Below are positions 8,861 through 18,279 of a stretch of DNA of 64,000 nucleotides, one piece after another; positions within the stretch are counted from its first letter, which is position 1, and every line of letters starts with the position of its first letter. Source of the DNA: Escherichia coli (lineage in GTDB: Bacteria > Pseudomonadota > Gammaproteobacteria > Enterobacterales > Enterobacteriaceae); assembly GCF_044324875.1 (NCBI RefSeq), contig NZ_CP172185.1; one strand, given 5' to 3'. A program made the translations under genes and the position numbers. The notes under the pieces were generated by a model, which had not been told where the DNA came from, did no database searches, and worked only from the letters and a program-made list of their open reading frames with translations.

Positions 8861-9616
8861 TTAACGCGTTTTTTCGCTGCTTTCCACTACCGGGGGATTT
8901 TTCCTCAGTGACTCTCCCTGAAGGACCACTCGGTGTGAGTTATGTACCAGTCTGTCCAGGATGGCATCTGCTGTTGTTGGGTTCTCCATCAGACCATGCC
9001 ATTTATCTACCGGGAACTGGCTTACCACTATCGTGCTGCTTTGTCCGTAACGATCCTCTATGAGCTCCAGAAGGTCATTACACTGGGCGTTACTTAACTG
9101 TTCCAGCCCCAGATCGTCCAGGATTAGAACCTGTATTTTTTGCAACTGTTTCAGATATTTCAGCCAGCTGCCATCAACACGTCCCTGAGCCAGTTGTTCC
9201 AGTAATCGCCCGGTTCTACAGTACCGGACGCTGTGTTTCTGTCGACATGCCTGTTCGCCCAGCGCATTGGCTATCCAGCTCTTGCCACATCCTGTCGGAC
9301 CGGTTATCAGCAGGTTTTTCCTGTGGGTTATGTAGTGGCCGTTCAGCAGTTCTCTCATCTGTTCAGCCCGCAGACCTCTTGAGGCCGGATAGCGCAGCCC
9401 TTCCGGTGTTGCCTGGTATTTCAGGCCGGCATTTTTTCTCAACCGTGCCACACGGCTGTTTTCCCTGCTCAGAAGCTCGTCATCAACCAGCAGCGTCAGC
9501 CTTTCCTCGAACGACAGTTCGTCGTAGGTCTGAGGCGTTTCCCGCTGCCGTATCAGGCTCCCGGCCATCGCCGGGAGTTTCAGTTGGGTCAGTTTGTTTA
9601 ACAGGTTATCACTCAT
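8861..9616 (-). CDS. istB: IS21-family helper ATPase IstB
   Basis: 251 aa from ATG 9616 (AAGGAA RBS); Walker A GPTGCGKSW; DnaA/IstB-like. Confidence 0.85.
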   Translation of the reverse strand: MSDNLLNKLTQLKLPAMAGSLIRQRETPQTYDELSFEERLTLLVDDELLSRENSRVARLRKNAGLKYQATPEGLRYPASRGLRAEQMRELLNGHYITHRKNLLITGPTGCGKSWIANALGEQACRQKHSVRYCRTGRLLEQLAQGRVDGSWLKYLKQLQKIQVLILDDLGLEQLSNAQCNDLLELIEDRYGQSSTIVVSQFPVDKWHGLMENPTTADAILDRLVHNSHRVVLQGESLRKNPPVVESSEKTR

Positions 9617-9632
9617 ACTGTTGTTCCTTCTG

Positions 9633-11168
9633 TCAGTGGTAGTAGCCCGGACCACGCAGGTTTTCATGCTCTGAAGCATATGCCGGATGTTGTTCGCCCT
9701 GGCGGGATAATGGAAGCTCCAGGTTCTCCCGATGGTGACGCAGCAGATTGTCGATAAAGCGTCTGTCAGGGGCGTTATAGTGCAGGGCAACGTAACAGGC
9801 CTTTTCCAGCCGTTCCGGGCCGTATTTTTTCTGAAGTGCCAGCAGCCCCAGAACTGCACGATAAGCCAGTTCCGGATGGGGTTTTGCCTTCAGCATGGAT
9901 TCAACCACCCGGCCTGTGGACGGGCCCGTACGTTTTCCCTGCTCGATCAGGCGTTCCGGTGTCCATGTCCCGTGCTGCCGGTGGCGCTCTGGCATGTGAA
10001 GCGGATTGGTTGTGTGTTTATATTCATGTGTGCTGCGCGGATGTTGCGCCACACACTGCCCCTTGTGCCAGAGCTGTACCACCGACTGCCCCGCCTTCAG
10101 TGACAGACGCTGACCGACCAGTTCGTGTGGAACGGAGTACCAGTGACGGGCATATTCAACGTGGTAGTCAGGGCCAACCTTCACAGCTTTGTATTCCGTG
10201 TATTCATAAGGTGCCAGAGGCAGCGGAGAGAGTGCTGGCGCATCCAGTATGCGGAAGCGTTCTGCACGGGTTTGATTGCCGTACCCCTTCATTGGCCGGT
10301 TATTCATGTCTGTCAGTAACTCCCTAAGGCGCGCATTCAGCGCCCTGAGCGTGTGGAAGGTTTCATTACGGATGCGGGCAAGAAGCCATCGTTCAACGAT
10401 GAGGACGCCGTTTTCTGCTTTTGGTTTATCTTTAGGTTTGCGTGGTCGGGCCGGGATGATAACCGTGCCATAGTGCTCAGCCAGTGCCTGATAACTGTCG
10501 TTGATGACAGGCTCATATCGATCGGCCTTTTTCACTGCGCTTCTGAGGTTATCGGGGATGAGCAGCTTCGGTACGCCGCCCAGGAAGGTCAGGCAACGGC
10601 TGTGGGCATTTAACCATGACATCATGTCCTGACCTTCGCACGCTTCAACGTAGGTATAGTTGGACGCCCCCATTACGGCCACGAAGATTGCCACGCGGCG
10701 TATCTCACCGGTGTCCGGATTAATAACAGGAACCGTAGGACCACAGAAGTCGATAAAAAGCTTTTCGCCGGCACGATGCTCCTGGCGCATGGAGAGACGT
10801 CGCGTTTTTTTCCACTCCCGGTAGCAACGGCAGAAGTGCGAGTATCCCATCGCTTTGTTACCCGCCTGTGCCTTGTATTCCATCCACAACAGTTGCCGCG
10901 TCACACCTGGTTTTCTCATTTCCGTATCGAAGTACAACATGTCAGGCATTACAAGCTCTGATGCAAAGGTGTCTTTGGGCGGAAAAATGAGTTTCTCCAG
11001 CGTGTCATGGGATATATCAGCAGGTAATGGCCATGACAGAGAAGAGGCTTTGAAGCGGGCAAGAACCTCAAAAACGGTTGAGGCGCTGATGTGTAACGTC
11101 AGTCCGATACAACGGTTAGTCAGCTTCTTGTCGAACTTGAGCTGAAGGATCTTAAAACAGGTTTCCAT
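9633..11168 (-). CDS. istA: IS21-family transposase IstA
   Basis: 511 aa from ATG 11168 (AGGAG RBS). N-terminal HTH and DDE core (FIDF ... IPDN ... KAENGV). Confidence 0.85.
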   Translation of the reverse strand: METCFKILQLKFDKKLTNRCIGLTLHISASTVFEVLARFKASSLSWPLPADISHDTLEKLIFPPKDTFASELVMPDMLYFDTEMRKPGVTRQLLWMEYKAQAGNKAMGYSHFCRCYREWKKTRRLSMRQEHRAGEKLFIDFCGPTVPVINPDTGEIRRVAIFVAVMGASNYTYVEACEGQDMMSWLNAHSRCLTFLGGVPKLLIPDNLRSAVKKADRYEPVINDSYQALAEHYGTVIIPARPRKPKDKPKAENGVLIVERWLLARIRNETFHTLRALNARLRELLTDMNNRPMKGYGNQTRAERFRILDAPALSPLPLAPYEYTEYKAVKVGPDYHVEYARHWYSVPHELVGQRLSLKAGQSVVQLWHKGQCVAQHPRSTHEYKHTTNPLHMPERHRQHGTWTPERLIEQGKRTGPSTGRVVESMLKAKPHPELAYRAVLGLLALQKKYGPERLEKACYVALHYNAPDRRFIDNLLRHHRENLELPLSRQGEQHPAYASEHENLRGPGYYH

Positions 11169-11406
11169 AGTGCTCCTGGATTTTCTCTTTCTGGACATTG
11201 ACGTCTCCACTGGTTTAAACACGGCAATGGAGACTGTGGTGAAAAGAGTTAATTCCCGGAGTGACTGGCAGGATGCCAATCAATGATCGGAAGCATGCCA
11301 AATCGTGATCGATTGTGATGCCAAACTGTGATCGGAGATGGATGCCAAATCATGATCGATTCGAATGCCAAACTGCGATCGATTCAGATGCCATTTTGCA
11401 TCAGTC

Positions 11407-11641
11407 ATCAGATATTCCATTCGGAATGGATATCAACGACGCCTGTATGCTCCAGGTATACCGCATAGCTCAGGCTGCACTACAGGCAAAACCGTCAGAT
11501 GGACTGGTTAGAGCAGTACGTTTCTATGAACTGGTAAAGCGTGAGAATCCGCCAGTCGAAACCGGAGCATGGCAAGACGCTGTTGACTGGGTGCTCAAAG
11601 AGGCTTGTCAGGTTGTAAACACTGGCATCAAAGGAGACTGA
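11407..11641 (+). pseudogene. 3' part of the IS-split phage ORF
   Basis: Removing the IS and one TCAGTC copy joins ...VESQS to SDIPFGMDINDACMLQVYRIA... in frame. Confidence 0.7.
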
Positions 11642-11642
11642 T

Positions 11643-11852
11643 ATGGCTATTGCCGCAAGTTACACCATGCATCTCTATTGTGATTGTCGCCAGTGTACAA
11701 ATGGTAAATATCAAACGCCAGACTTCGGTGAATATATCGGTACGTCATGGACTGGCTGTGCAAAAGAGGCGCGTAAGGATGGCTGGCGAATAAGCAAAGA
11801 CAAAACTCGTGCTTTTGCGCCCGGGCATAAAGTTTTGAGGATTAACAAATGA
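11643..11852 (+). CDS. Hypothetical Cys-rich small protein
   Basis: 69 aa, GGAGA RBS, motif CDCRQC. Confidence 0.45.
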   Translation: MAIAASYTMHLYCDCRQCTNGKYQTPDFGEYIGTSWTGCAKEARKDGWRISKDKTRAFAPGHKVLRINK

Positions 11853-12250
11853 CCACTATAACCAAAGAGCGACTACTGACAATCAGGCAGTGGCGCGAAA
11901 CATACGGACCTGGTAGCAACGTTGTACTGCCAGCCGAAGAAGCGGAAAAACTGGCACGGATTGCTTTGGCATCGCTGGAAGCAAAACCAATAGGTGCTTT
12001 CCACATTGCAGAACAGCAGGTCGATGGCACAAGTGACTACATCAAGGATGGGGAGTACCGCTTGCTGACATCTGAAGAACAAAAGATAGCCCAACTTTTA
12101 GGCGATGCATGGAACCTGTATTTTACATTGCCAGTTGAGCATCCAATGGGTAGAGATGAATTTTGCCGGGCAATTCATCATTGCCAAAATATGGTGTTGG
12201 CACGCCCTGCCATCAGGGCGCTGGCCAGTAAGGGGCAAGGCTATAAATAG
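11849..12250 (+). CDS. Hypothetical accessory protein
   Basis: 133 aa, ATGA overlap with the upstream gene. Confidence 0.45.
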   Translation: MTTITKERLLTIRQWRETYGPGSNVVLPAEEAEKLARIALASLEAKPIGAFHIAEQQVDGTSDYIKDGEYRLLTSEEQKIAQLLGDAWNLYFTLPVEHPMGRDEFCRAIHHCQNMVLARPAIRALASKGQGYK

Positions 12251-12258
12251 ATGAGCAA

Positions 12259-12285
12259 AACGCCCTCCTCCAGGGCGTTTATTTC
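12259..12285 (+). terminator. Intrinsic terminator after the accessory operon
   Basis: AACGCCCT-cctcc-AGGGCGTT followed by a T-rich tail. Confidence 0.55.
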
Positions 12286-12287
12286 AA

Positions 12288-12314
12288 TGCACAATAGTGC
12301 ACAAATTTGCACAA
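12288..12314. repeat. Three TGCACAA direct repeats at exact 10-bp phasing
   Basis: TGCACAA at 12288, 12298 and 12308. Confidence 0.6.
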
Positions 12315-12409
12315 TTTTTTTGAACGACTTTTTGCCCTTCCGGCCCGTGTGGCGTCTGGATCCGTCGGGGATCCGTGCGTGCACGAAAAAAGGCCTTTTT
12401 CTGCGCGCA

Positions 12410-12428
12410 GGTGACGGGGGAACAGCCC
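12410..12428. other. Candidate cos (cohesive-end) site, tentative
   Basis: GGTGACGGGGGAACAGCCC resembles the P2/186 19-nt ends GGCGAGGCGGGGAAAGCAC / GGCGTGGCGGGGAAAGCAT as I remember them. It lies in a 290-bp non-coding stretch on the portal-proximal side. Confidence 0.3.
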
Positions 12429-12741
12429 GCGTTTCAGGGGGTAAATAGCATTCCCTGAACGATGTTGCAGTGACACAACAGAATGGCTGTATTTCTCACG
12501 CTGAGCGTGAAAAAGACGTAAGGGCTTTTGATTTGATGGGGTGAAAGATAAGGCCGTCAAAATCGCACTGAGGCAGCGAGAATATGTCGTCAGAGTTGCG
12601 GGGTTGCGTAAGCATCCGCCCGGCGATGATGGCTACAGGGCTGGAGATGTTGTGAAATTATCTGAAGGAATAACCAGCTTGCAGGAGAACCCGGGCAAAG
12701 TCAGAATAGCGGCAGGCATCAACTCAAAAGAGGATAATGTC

Positions 12742-13245
12742 ATGAGCCACTTTAATGATTTATGCCAGATCAATCGTGAAGCTGAAGAAAAACGCGCTGA
12801 GGCAGCTCAAATTTTGCGGGATGAAGCGGCAAGGCTGATTGATTTCTATGAAGAATGGCTGGGGCTTCCATCCATGTACTGGGAAGACGATGATGGCGAC
12901 CTGCACCGCTACGTGGAGACAGGCTTGCCATGTAAGACAGCGGCGGATTTTAGTCCTCTTTCAGTCCACAATATCGCATCTGCACCAGACAATATTTTCC
13001 GCATGGCCGTGCGAACCTGGGTTAAGTCATCTGACAGCAGCTACCCGGTAAGCGTGGTTATTGCACTTGAATTATATTCAGTAGATGCGGAACGGGTGTC
13101 TCTGAGAGTCCGGGTGGAAGACGATATTTCTGTTCGCGTATTTATCAATAAACCCAGCGAAGAAGCCTGGGGCGATGTTGTTATGCACATGAAAAAGCAC
13201 ATCGCTAATCACCTGAAAAAGCGAGCGCCATCAGCACTTCGTTAA
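12742..13245 (+). CDS. Hypothetical 167-aa protein between the candidate cos site and portal gene Q (frame open from GTG 12541)
   Basis: ATG 12742 preceded by AAGAGGA. No recognisable domain. Convergent with Q. Confidence 0.5.
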   Translation: MSHFNDLCQINREAEEKRAEAAQILRDEAARLIDFYEEWLGLPSMYWEDDDGDLHRYVETGLPCKTAADFSPLSVHNIASAPDNIFRMAVRTWVKSSDSSYPVSVVIALELYSVDAERVSLRVRVEDDISVRVFINKPSEEAWGDVVMHMKKHIANHLKKRAPSALR

Positions 13246-13260
13246 GCAGAGCTGGAGAGT

Positions 13261-13285
13261 CGGGGCATAAATTTTTTATGCCCCG
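13261..13285. terminator. Bidirectional hairpin between convergent genes
   Basis: CGGGGCATAAATTTTTTATGCCCCG. Confidence 0.5.
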
Positions 13286-13311
13286 GCGAAGCAGCAGACA
13301 AGCGAAGCGCG

Positions 13312-14367
13312 TCAGGATATGGGCTGGGTGTCTAACAGTGCGTAAGGGTTAAAACGGATCACCTCTTCGCCCAGCCAGTCGTTGACGTGTTTCATTGCTT
13401 CCATGACGGGCATCAGTTCGTTAATGGCAAACACACGGGCTGCCTTCTCCACATCCCCGAATGACCCCTTCTCACCCGGCATGGCCCCCATCAGCTGCGG
13501 CGGTACACGGTGCACGGACAGCACATCATCACGCGATGCAGCCTTGACGTTCATGAACTCATCCTTTGCGGTGATTTGCTGAAACGGCAAAATCTGTACG
13601 CCATCCTTACCACCTCCCGCCGCGTGGATGAGCAGATTTTTAAACGCCCCGCCACCACGCGCGCTTTGCAGTGTTTCCCGCAGTTTTTCCATGCTTTCAC
13701 GGTCAACCTGCGCCGCACCGATGTAGACAATACAGCCCGCGTGTGAGCCGTTATCGTAGTAGAGCTTGCGGAAGATATCGGCGGAATGTGACAGGCTGGC
13801 AGACAGCAGGCCGCCCAGGTAATCCGGCATCCCGTAAATCTCCTGGTTGATATCAGGATTCATCAGGTGGCATATCGTCCCCTCACGAAAGCGGTACTCT
13901 TCCTGTCCTTCCTGTATATACCACCATGATTTCATATCGCTGCCACGTCGCATGTATTTCGCCAGCGCCCGGCGCAGGGCCAGCGGTTCGCCAAGCATGT
14001 TGCGCCGCAGCTCAAGACAGGCATTACCGAACACAAACCAGTCCATCGCCACCCCGGCGAACTCCTGGCGGGACAGCAGAGGATGTGGAATATAGCAGCC
14101 CAGCAGCACATTACGTTTGAAGCTGAGCGCCGACTGGTGCCAGGACGTCTGGCGGGCAGCCCGTGCCAGTCCGTACCAGTCAACGGGCGTTTCAAACCAC
14201 CGCCCGTTGTCGGCGCAGTACATGCTGTCCAGCAGGTCGGCCCCTGACAGCCGGTAAGGTCCTTCAAACGTGAAGGCACTCAGTGTCGGGTCGCTTCGCA
14301 GGGAATCCGCAAGGCTGCCCTGCGCTGCGCGGGCGTTCGTACGTCGTTGTTTATTTTTTCTGCTCAT
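13312..14367 (-). CDS. Q: Portal protein gpQ
   Basis: 351 aa; size, position and orientation as P2 Q, adjacent to terminase P. Confidence 0.85.
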   Translation of the reverse strand: MSRKNKQRRTNARAAQGSLADSLRSDPTLSAFTFEGPYRLSGADLLDSMYCADNGRWFETPVDWYGLARAARQTSWHQSALSFKRNVLLGCYIPHPLLSRQEFAGVAMDWFVFGNACLELRRNMLGEPLALRRALAKYMRRGSDMKSWWYIQEGQEEYRFREGTICHLMNPDINQEIYGMPDYLGGLLSASLSHSADIFRKLYYDNGSHAGCIVYIGAAQVDRESMEKLRETLQSARGGGAFKNLLIHAAGGGKDGVQILPFQQITAKDEFMNVKAASRDDVLSVHRVPPQLMGAMPGEKGSFGDVEKAARVFAINELMPVMEAMKHVNDWLGEEVIRFNPYALLDTQPIS

Positions 14368-16118
14368 CAGAACTCCGTAACACTGAAGGGGGCGGCATCA
14401 TGTTCACCGCCGACAGGTTCGTTGATAACGGCCAGCATGGTGGCCCATGCAAGATCGCCATGGCTTACGCCTCTTGCGCGATCTGTTTCGTAGGTGATAA
14501 ATCCGGCCTGCGTTTTTGTTTTGCGTACCGCGTTAAAGGCGCTCACCAGTTCGCGCTCGCTGCGGTCGTACTCCCACCGCCCGGCGCGCATGAGCTGCAG
14601 CATCTTCAGAACCAGCGTGCGCTTTGATGACAGGGTGAAGGTGTAGGGAATGGCTGCCGGAAAAAAGCGCTTCACAATCTGATACACCGCATCCCCGTGA
14701 CCGCCGGTTACGTCAATACCGATATGCTCAACGTTATAGCGAAAGGTGAACTCTTCAATCACCTTCGCCTGCGCCTCAAACTCCAGCCCCTGCACCCGCC
14801 GCGTCTCCACGGTGCGAAAACGCCCGCCCGGTACGGCTGGCGGCACCACCACGACAACCGCCCCGCTGTCACCGTTCCCGCTACTGCCGTTGGCGTCGTA
14901 CCCAATCCACACAGGGCGGTTCCCCATCGGACGCGGTGCAAACGGCTTCCAGTCCGGCCACTCGTCGTATCCGTCAACACCGCAGCCAATCAGGATATTC
15001 AGGTTAAATGCCGATTCCCCTTCGCGAGCAAATTCACACATGTAGAGATTGCGGAACTCGTCTTCAGTGTTATTGCGCCGGATTTTGTCAATGTTGGTTA
15101 ACGTCCATCCCTGACTGACCACATCTTCCAGCGTCACAATTTGCCGCCAGATATAGTCAGGACAGATAAGGCCGTTATGAAGCGCATTCCAGCTCACATC
15201 AAAATGCTGACGTTTATGAGTACGAAGCCCTTCATTCCAGTGATCGCCGTTCCAGTATGCATACGCCTCATGTGTTTCACTTGATGGCGTGGAAAAATAG
15301 GTACACCGCAAACCATCCAGCGTTGCCATAGCAGCAGCCACCTTGCGCAGCTCTGCGAAACGCCCCGTCCAGAAAAACTCATCAAAATACAGATTCCCTG
15401 TGTACGCTTGCGCGGTGGCCGCAGAAGTGCCGAGAAAATGCAGCTCTGCACCGTTGGAGAGGATGACTTTATCGCCCCCTTTCAGTTCCACATCAACTTC
15501 AGATGCAGCCTTCTGAATAATGCTTTTAAACTGGAGCGCCTGACGACGAGACGCAGACAAAAAAATCTGGTTACGCTGGTAAGGTTGTGCCACATCGTCA
15601 CGCAGCGCCATCAGCAGCGCTTCCTGCGCAAAATACCAGGTCGCCCCAATCTGGCGGGATTTCAGGATCATCCTGTCAGTAATTCCGGCACGCTCACAGG
15701 CACCGATAGCATCAAGCCATTTGCGCTGGTGTCCGGCCAGCCTGTCGGTAATTTTTTCCCGCAGCGCCGCGATCTGTTCCGGCGTGAAATGATTTTTGCG
15801 TTTTTTCGCCCGGCCTTTCTTTCCTGTTGCCGTCTCATCCGGCAGACCGTCATGCAGCTTTTTAAGCTGACGGGTCAGCAAATCAATTTCCTTAAAGTCC
15901 CCGCCTGTTTTATTCTGTTTTTCCGTGAGCTGAATGAGTCGCGCATCCATGGACTGCGTGACACGCTGAACCGGGGGCGTCTCATCCCACTGGTCGCGTT
16001 TTTTCCACGAATGGATCGTGTTCTGGTTGATACCCATAAGGCGGGAAATTTCCGCAACAGGGTAACCCTGCCAGTACAGCTGGCGTGCCCGCTGGCGAAC
16101 AAATGTATCCTGAATCAT
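14367..16118 (-). CDS. P: Terminase large (ATPase) subunit gpP
   Basis: 583 aa with N-terminal HTH-like region; matches P2 P in size and position. Confidence 0.85.
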   Translation of the reverse strand: MIQDTFVRQRARQLYWQGYPVAEISRLMGINQNTIHSWKKRDQWDETPPVQRVTQSMDARLIQLTEKQNKTGGDFKEIDLLTRQLKKLHDGLPDETATGKKGRAKKRKNHFTPEQIAALREKITDRLAGHQRKWLDAIGACERAGITDRMILKSRQIGATWYFAQEALLMALRDDVAQPYQRNQIFLSASRRQALQFKSIIQKAASEVDVELKGGDKVILSNGAELHFLGTSAATAQAYTGNLYFDEFFWTGRFAELRKVAAAMATLDGLRCTYFSTPSSETHEAYAYWNGDHWNEGLRTHKRQHFDVSWNALHNGLICPDYIWRQIVTLEDVVSQGWTLTNIDKIRRNNTEDEFRNLYMCEFAREGESAFNLNILIGCGVDGYDEWPDWKPFAPRPMGNRPVWIGYDANGSSGNGDSGAVVVVVPPAVPGGRFRTVETRRVQGLEFEAQAKVIEEFTFRYNVEHIGIDVTGGHGDAVYQIVKRFFPAAIPYTFTLSSKRTLVLKMLQLMRAGRWEYDRSERELVSAFNAVRKTKTQAGFITYETDRARGVSHGDLAWATMLAVINEPVGGEHDAAPFSVTEF

Positions 16119-16180
16119 TTCTCCCCCTCATGTGATTCAGGCAGTTTACTCACCCCTTACAGGCCTCCTGCCATGCCCGG

Positions 16181-16204
16181 TGTTGTCGGCATTCGCTTAC
16201 AACA
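16181..16204. promoter_or_regulatory. Ogr-type late-promoter dyad TGTTGT-N12-ACAACA between divergent P and O
   Basis: tgttgtcggcattcgcttacaaca. The TGT-N12-ACA element is the known P2 late activator site. Confidence 0.6.
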
Positions 16205-16272
16205 AACGCACTTTGTCTGTCCCTGCCCCGTTTTGCCATCATGAGACAAACGATCATCACGAGGGCCCGACA

Positions 16273-17109
16273 ATGCCTGAACAGAAAAAAACATCCCGTA
16301 AAACATTCCGCGTGGCCGTTTCCGGTCCCACCGCAGACGGTCGCGAAATCAGCGCCGCAGATTTGCGCGCGGCGGCCAGTAACTTCAACCCTGAGATTTA
16401 CGGCGCACGCGTGAACGTGGAGCACTGGCTTTCACCGGTTCCGTCCAGTGAATTTTCCGCCATGGGTGATGTGACGGCACTGAGCACAGAAGAAATCACC
16501 GAAGGTCCGCTGGTCGGTCGTACTGCGCTGTATGCGGAAATCGAACCCACCGACCGCATGAAAAATCTGGTCTCCCGGGGTAAGAAAATTTACTCCAGTA
16601 TTGAGCTGGCACGAAATTTCACCCCTACGGGCACCCCGTATCTTATTGGCCTTGCCATGACAGACACCCCGGCAAGCATCGGCACGGAGCGTCTTCAGTT
16701 CGCCCTGCAGCAGCGCCGTTCGGTCATGACCTTCAATAATCAGCAGACGGAAGCACCGATGTTCTCTGACGCCATTGAGGCTGAAGTGATCGAACTGACG
16801 GAGCGCCGCAGCGAGGAAGGTGCGCAGTGGTTTAACCGCGTGATGAACATGATTGGGCGAGGACGCAGGGCTGACGACACCCGGTTCTCCCGCATTCATG
16901 ACGCCGTTGAGGGGATAGCCTCATCGCATGCCGACCTTCTCGACCGCTTCAGTGCACTGGAATCGCGCCATCAGGCAGACAGACAGAAAGTCGCCACCCT
17001 GTCCACTGAGCTGGCAGAGCTGAAAAACAGACTGCGCGGACTGGACGCTGATCAGCAAAGTCGTTTTACGGCAACCGGCGGGCAGTCCAGACAACTGGCT
17101 GACTACTGA
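16273..17109 (+). CDS. O: Capsid scaffolding protein gpO
   Basis: 278 aa from ATG 16273. MPEQKKTSRKTFRVAVSGPTADGREISAADL parallels the P2 O N-terminus. Confidence 0.85.
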   Translation: MPEQKKTSRKTFRVAVSGPTADGREISAADLRAAASNFNPEIYGARVNVEHWLSPVPSSEFSAMGDVTALSTEEITEGPLVGRTALYAEIEPTDRMKNLVSRGKKIYSSIELARNFTPTGTPYLIGLAMTDTPASIGTERLQFALQQRRSVMTFNNQQTEAPMFSDAIEAEVIELTERRSEEGAQWFNRVMNMIGRGRRADDTRFSRIHDAVEGIASSHADLLDRFSALESRHQADRQKVATLSTELAELKNRLRGLDADQQSRFTATGGQSRQLADY

Positions 17110-17137
17110 CAGAAATAACCACAAGAGGTGATAACCG

Positions 17138-18277
17138 ATGAATCGGATCATGAGCGATGCCGCGCGGGCCGAGCTTTTTGCTTACCAGGCACAACAGGCG
17201 GAGATGAATAACATCACGATATCTGCGCTCTCCTCCCGCTTTTCGGTACAGCCGGCAGTGCAGCAGAGATTTGAAAACGCATCAAAGGAAAGCCATGATT
17301 TTCTTCAGAAAGCCAACAGCATTGGTGTGACAGAGCAGAAAGGTGAAAAGGTACTCCTGGACACCACCGGGCCGGTTGCGCGCACGAACAGCAGTTATGA
17401 CGGTACAAATCGTCGTAACCCGCTGAATGTGGTGGACATGAAAGCGCGACGCTATGAGTGCGAGCAGGTGAACTACGACACCTTCATCTCCTACCCTCAG
17501 CTTGACATGTGGGCCGGACACCCTGACTTCCAGCTGCGTGTGAGTCGCCAGATTGCCAGACAGGTGGCACTTGATCGCATCATGACAGGTTTTAACGGTA
17601 CGCACCATGCGGAAGTCTCGGATATAAAAAAACACCCGCGACTTGAGGACGTCAATAAGGGGTGGCTGCAGGATATCAGGGACCAGGCCCCGCAACGCGT
17701 CATGAAAGACGTGATGCTGACTGCGCGCAATATGGACAATTCGGTGGCATACACAGGCAGATACGCCAATCCCGATGCACTGGTCCAGGATGCACGCTCA
17801 TCCCTGCTTGACGAATGGCACAAGGACGCAGACGACCTCGTTGTCATCATGGGGCGAAACCTCTTTAACTCCCTGCGCCTGCCGGTCCTGAACAGTATCA
17901 GCATGCAGAATGCGAATGCCGAACTGCTTGCCGGACAGCTCATTGTGTCAACGCGGACCATTGGCGGCCTTGATGTGTACCTTGCGCCATTTTTCCCGGC
18001 TCAGTCAATGCTCATCACCTCATTCAGCAACCTGTCGGTTTACTGGCAGAAGGGGTCCATGCGTCGTCTCATGAAGGATGAGCCCGAATACAACCGTATC
18101 GCCATCTATCAGTCCGTTAACGACTGCTATGTGGTTGAGGACCATGGTAAGTGCGCACTGATTGAGAATATCAGCTTTGCCGAATATGACCATGACGCGC
18201 CGGACTGGTACCGGGACGCCACAAAAGCACTGTCAGCGCAGGCTGAAGACAGGGATGCAGGGGAAGAGGAGGATTAA
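17138..18277 (+). CDS. N: Major capsid protein gpN
   Basis: 379 aa, follows O as in P2. Confidence 0.85.
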   Translation: MNRIMSDAARAELFAYQAQQAEMNNITISALSSRFSVQPAVQQRFENASKESHDFLQKANSIGVTEQKGEKVLLDTTGPVARTNSSYDGTNRRNPLNVVDMKARRYECEQVNYDTFISYPQLDMWAGHPDFQLRVSRQIARQVALDRIMTGFNGTHHAEVSDIKKHPRLEDVNKGWLQDIRDQAPQRVMKDVMLTARNMDNSVAYTGRYANPDALVQDARSSLLDEWHKDADDLVVIMGRNLFNSLRLPVLNSISMQNANAELLAGQLIVSTRTIGGLDVYLAPFFPAQSMLITSFSNLSVYWQKGSMRRLMKDEPEYNRIAIYQSVNDCYVVEDHGKCALIENISFAEYDHDAPDWYRDATKALSAQAEDRDAGEEED

Positions 18278-18279
18278 CC

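Larger units (their letters stand above)
8762..11400 (-). mobile_element. IS21-family insertion sequence (istA-istB), 2639 bp
   Basis: Ends TGCGTATTCC... / ...CCATTTTGCA. Multiple subterminal ATGCCAAA-NNGTGATCGA-type repeats at both ends in inverted orientation. 6-bp direct repeat TCAGTC at 8756-8761 and 11401-11406. Confidence 0.85.

Noticed and set aside
12251-12560. 65-aa (+) and 93-aa (-) ORFs in the cos-like region
   Set aside because: They overlap a terminator, phased repeats and palindromes. They have no RBS and are likely non-coding packaging or regulatory DNA.
15408-16244. 278-aa plus-strand ORF antisense to terminase P (similar antisense ORFs at 18322-18888, 22363-23025, 22940-23590 and 54420-55253)
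   Set aside because: They are entirely embedded opposite well-supported genes and are typical high-GC shadow ORFs.
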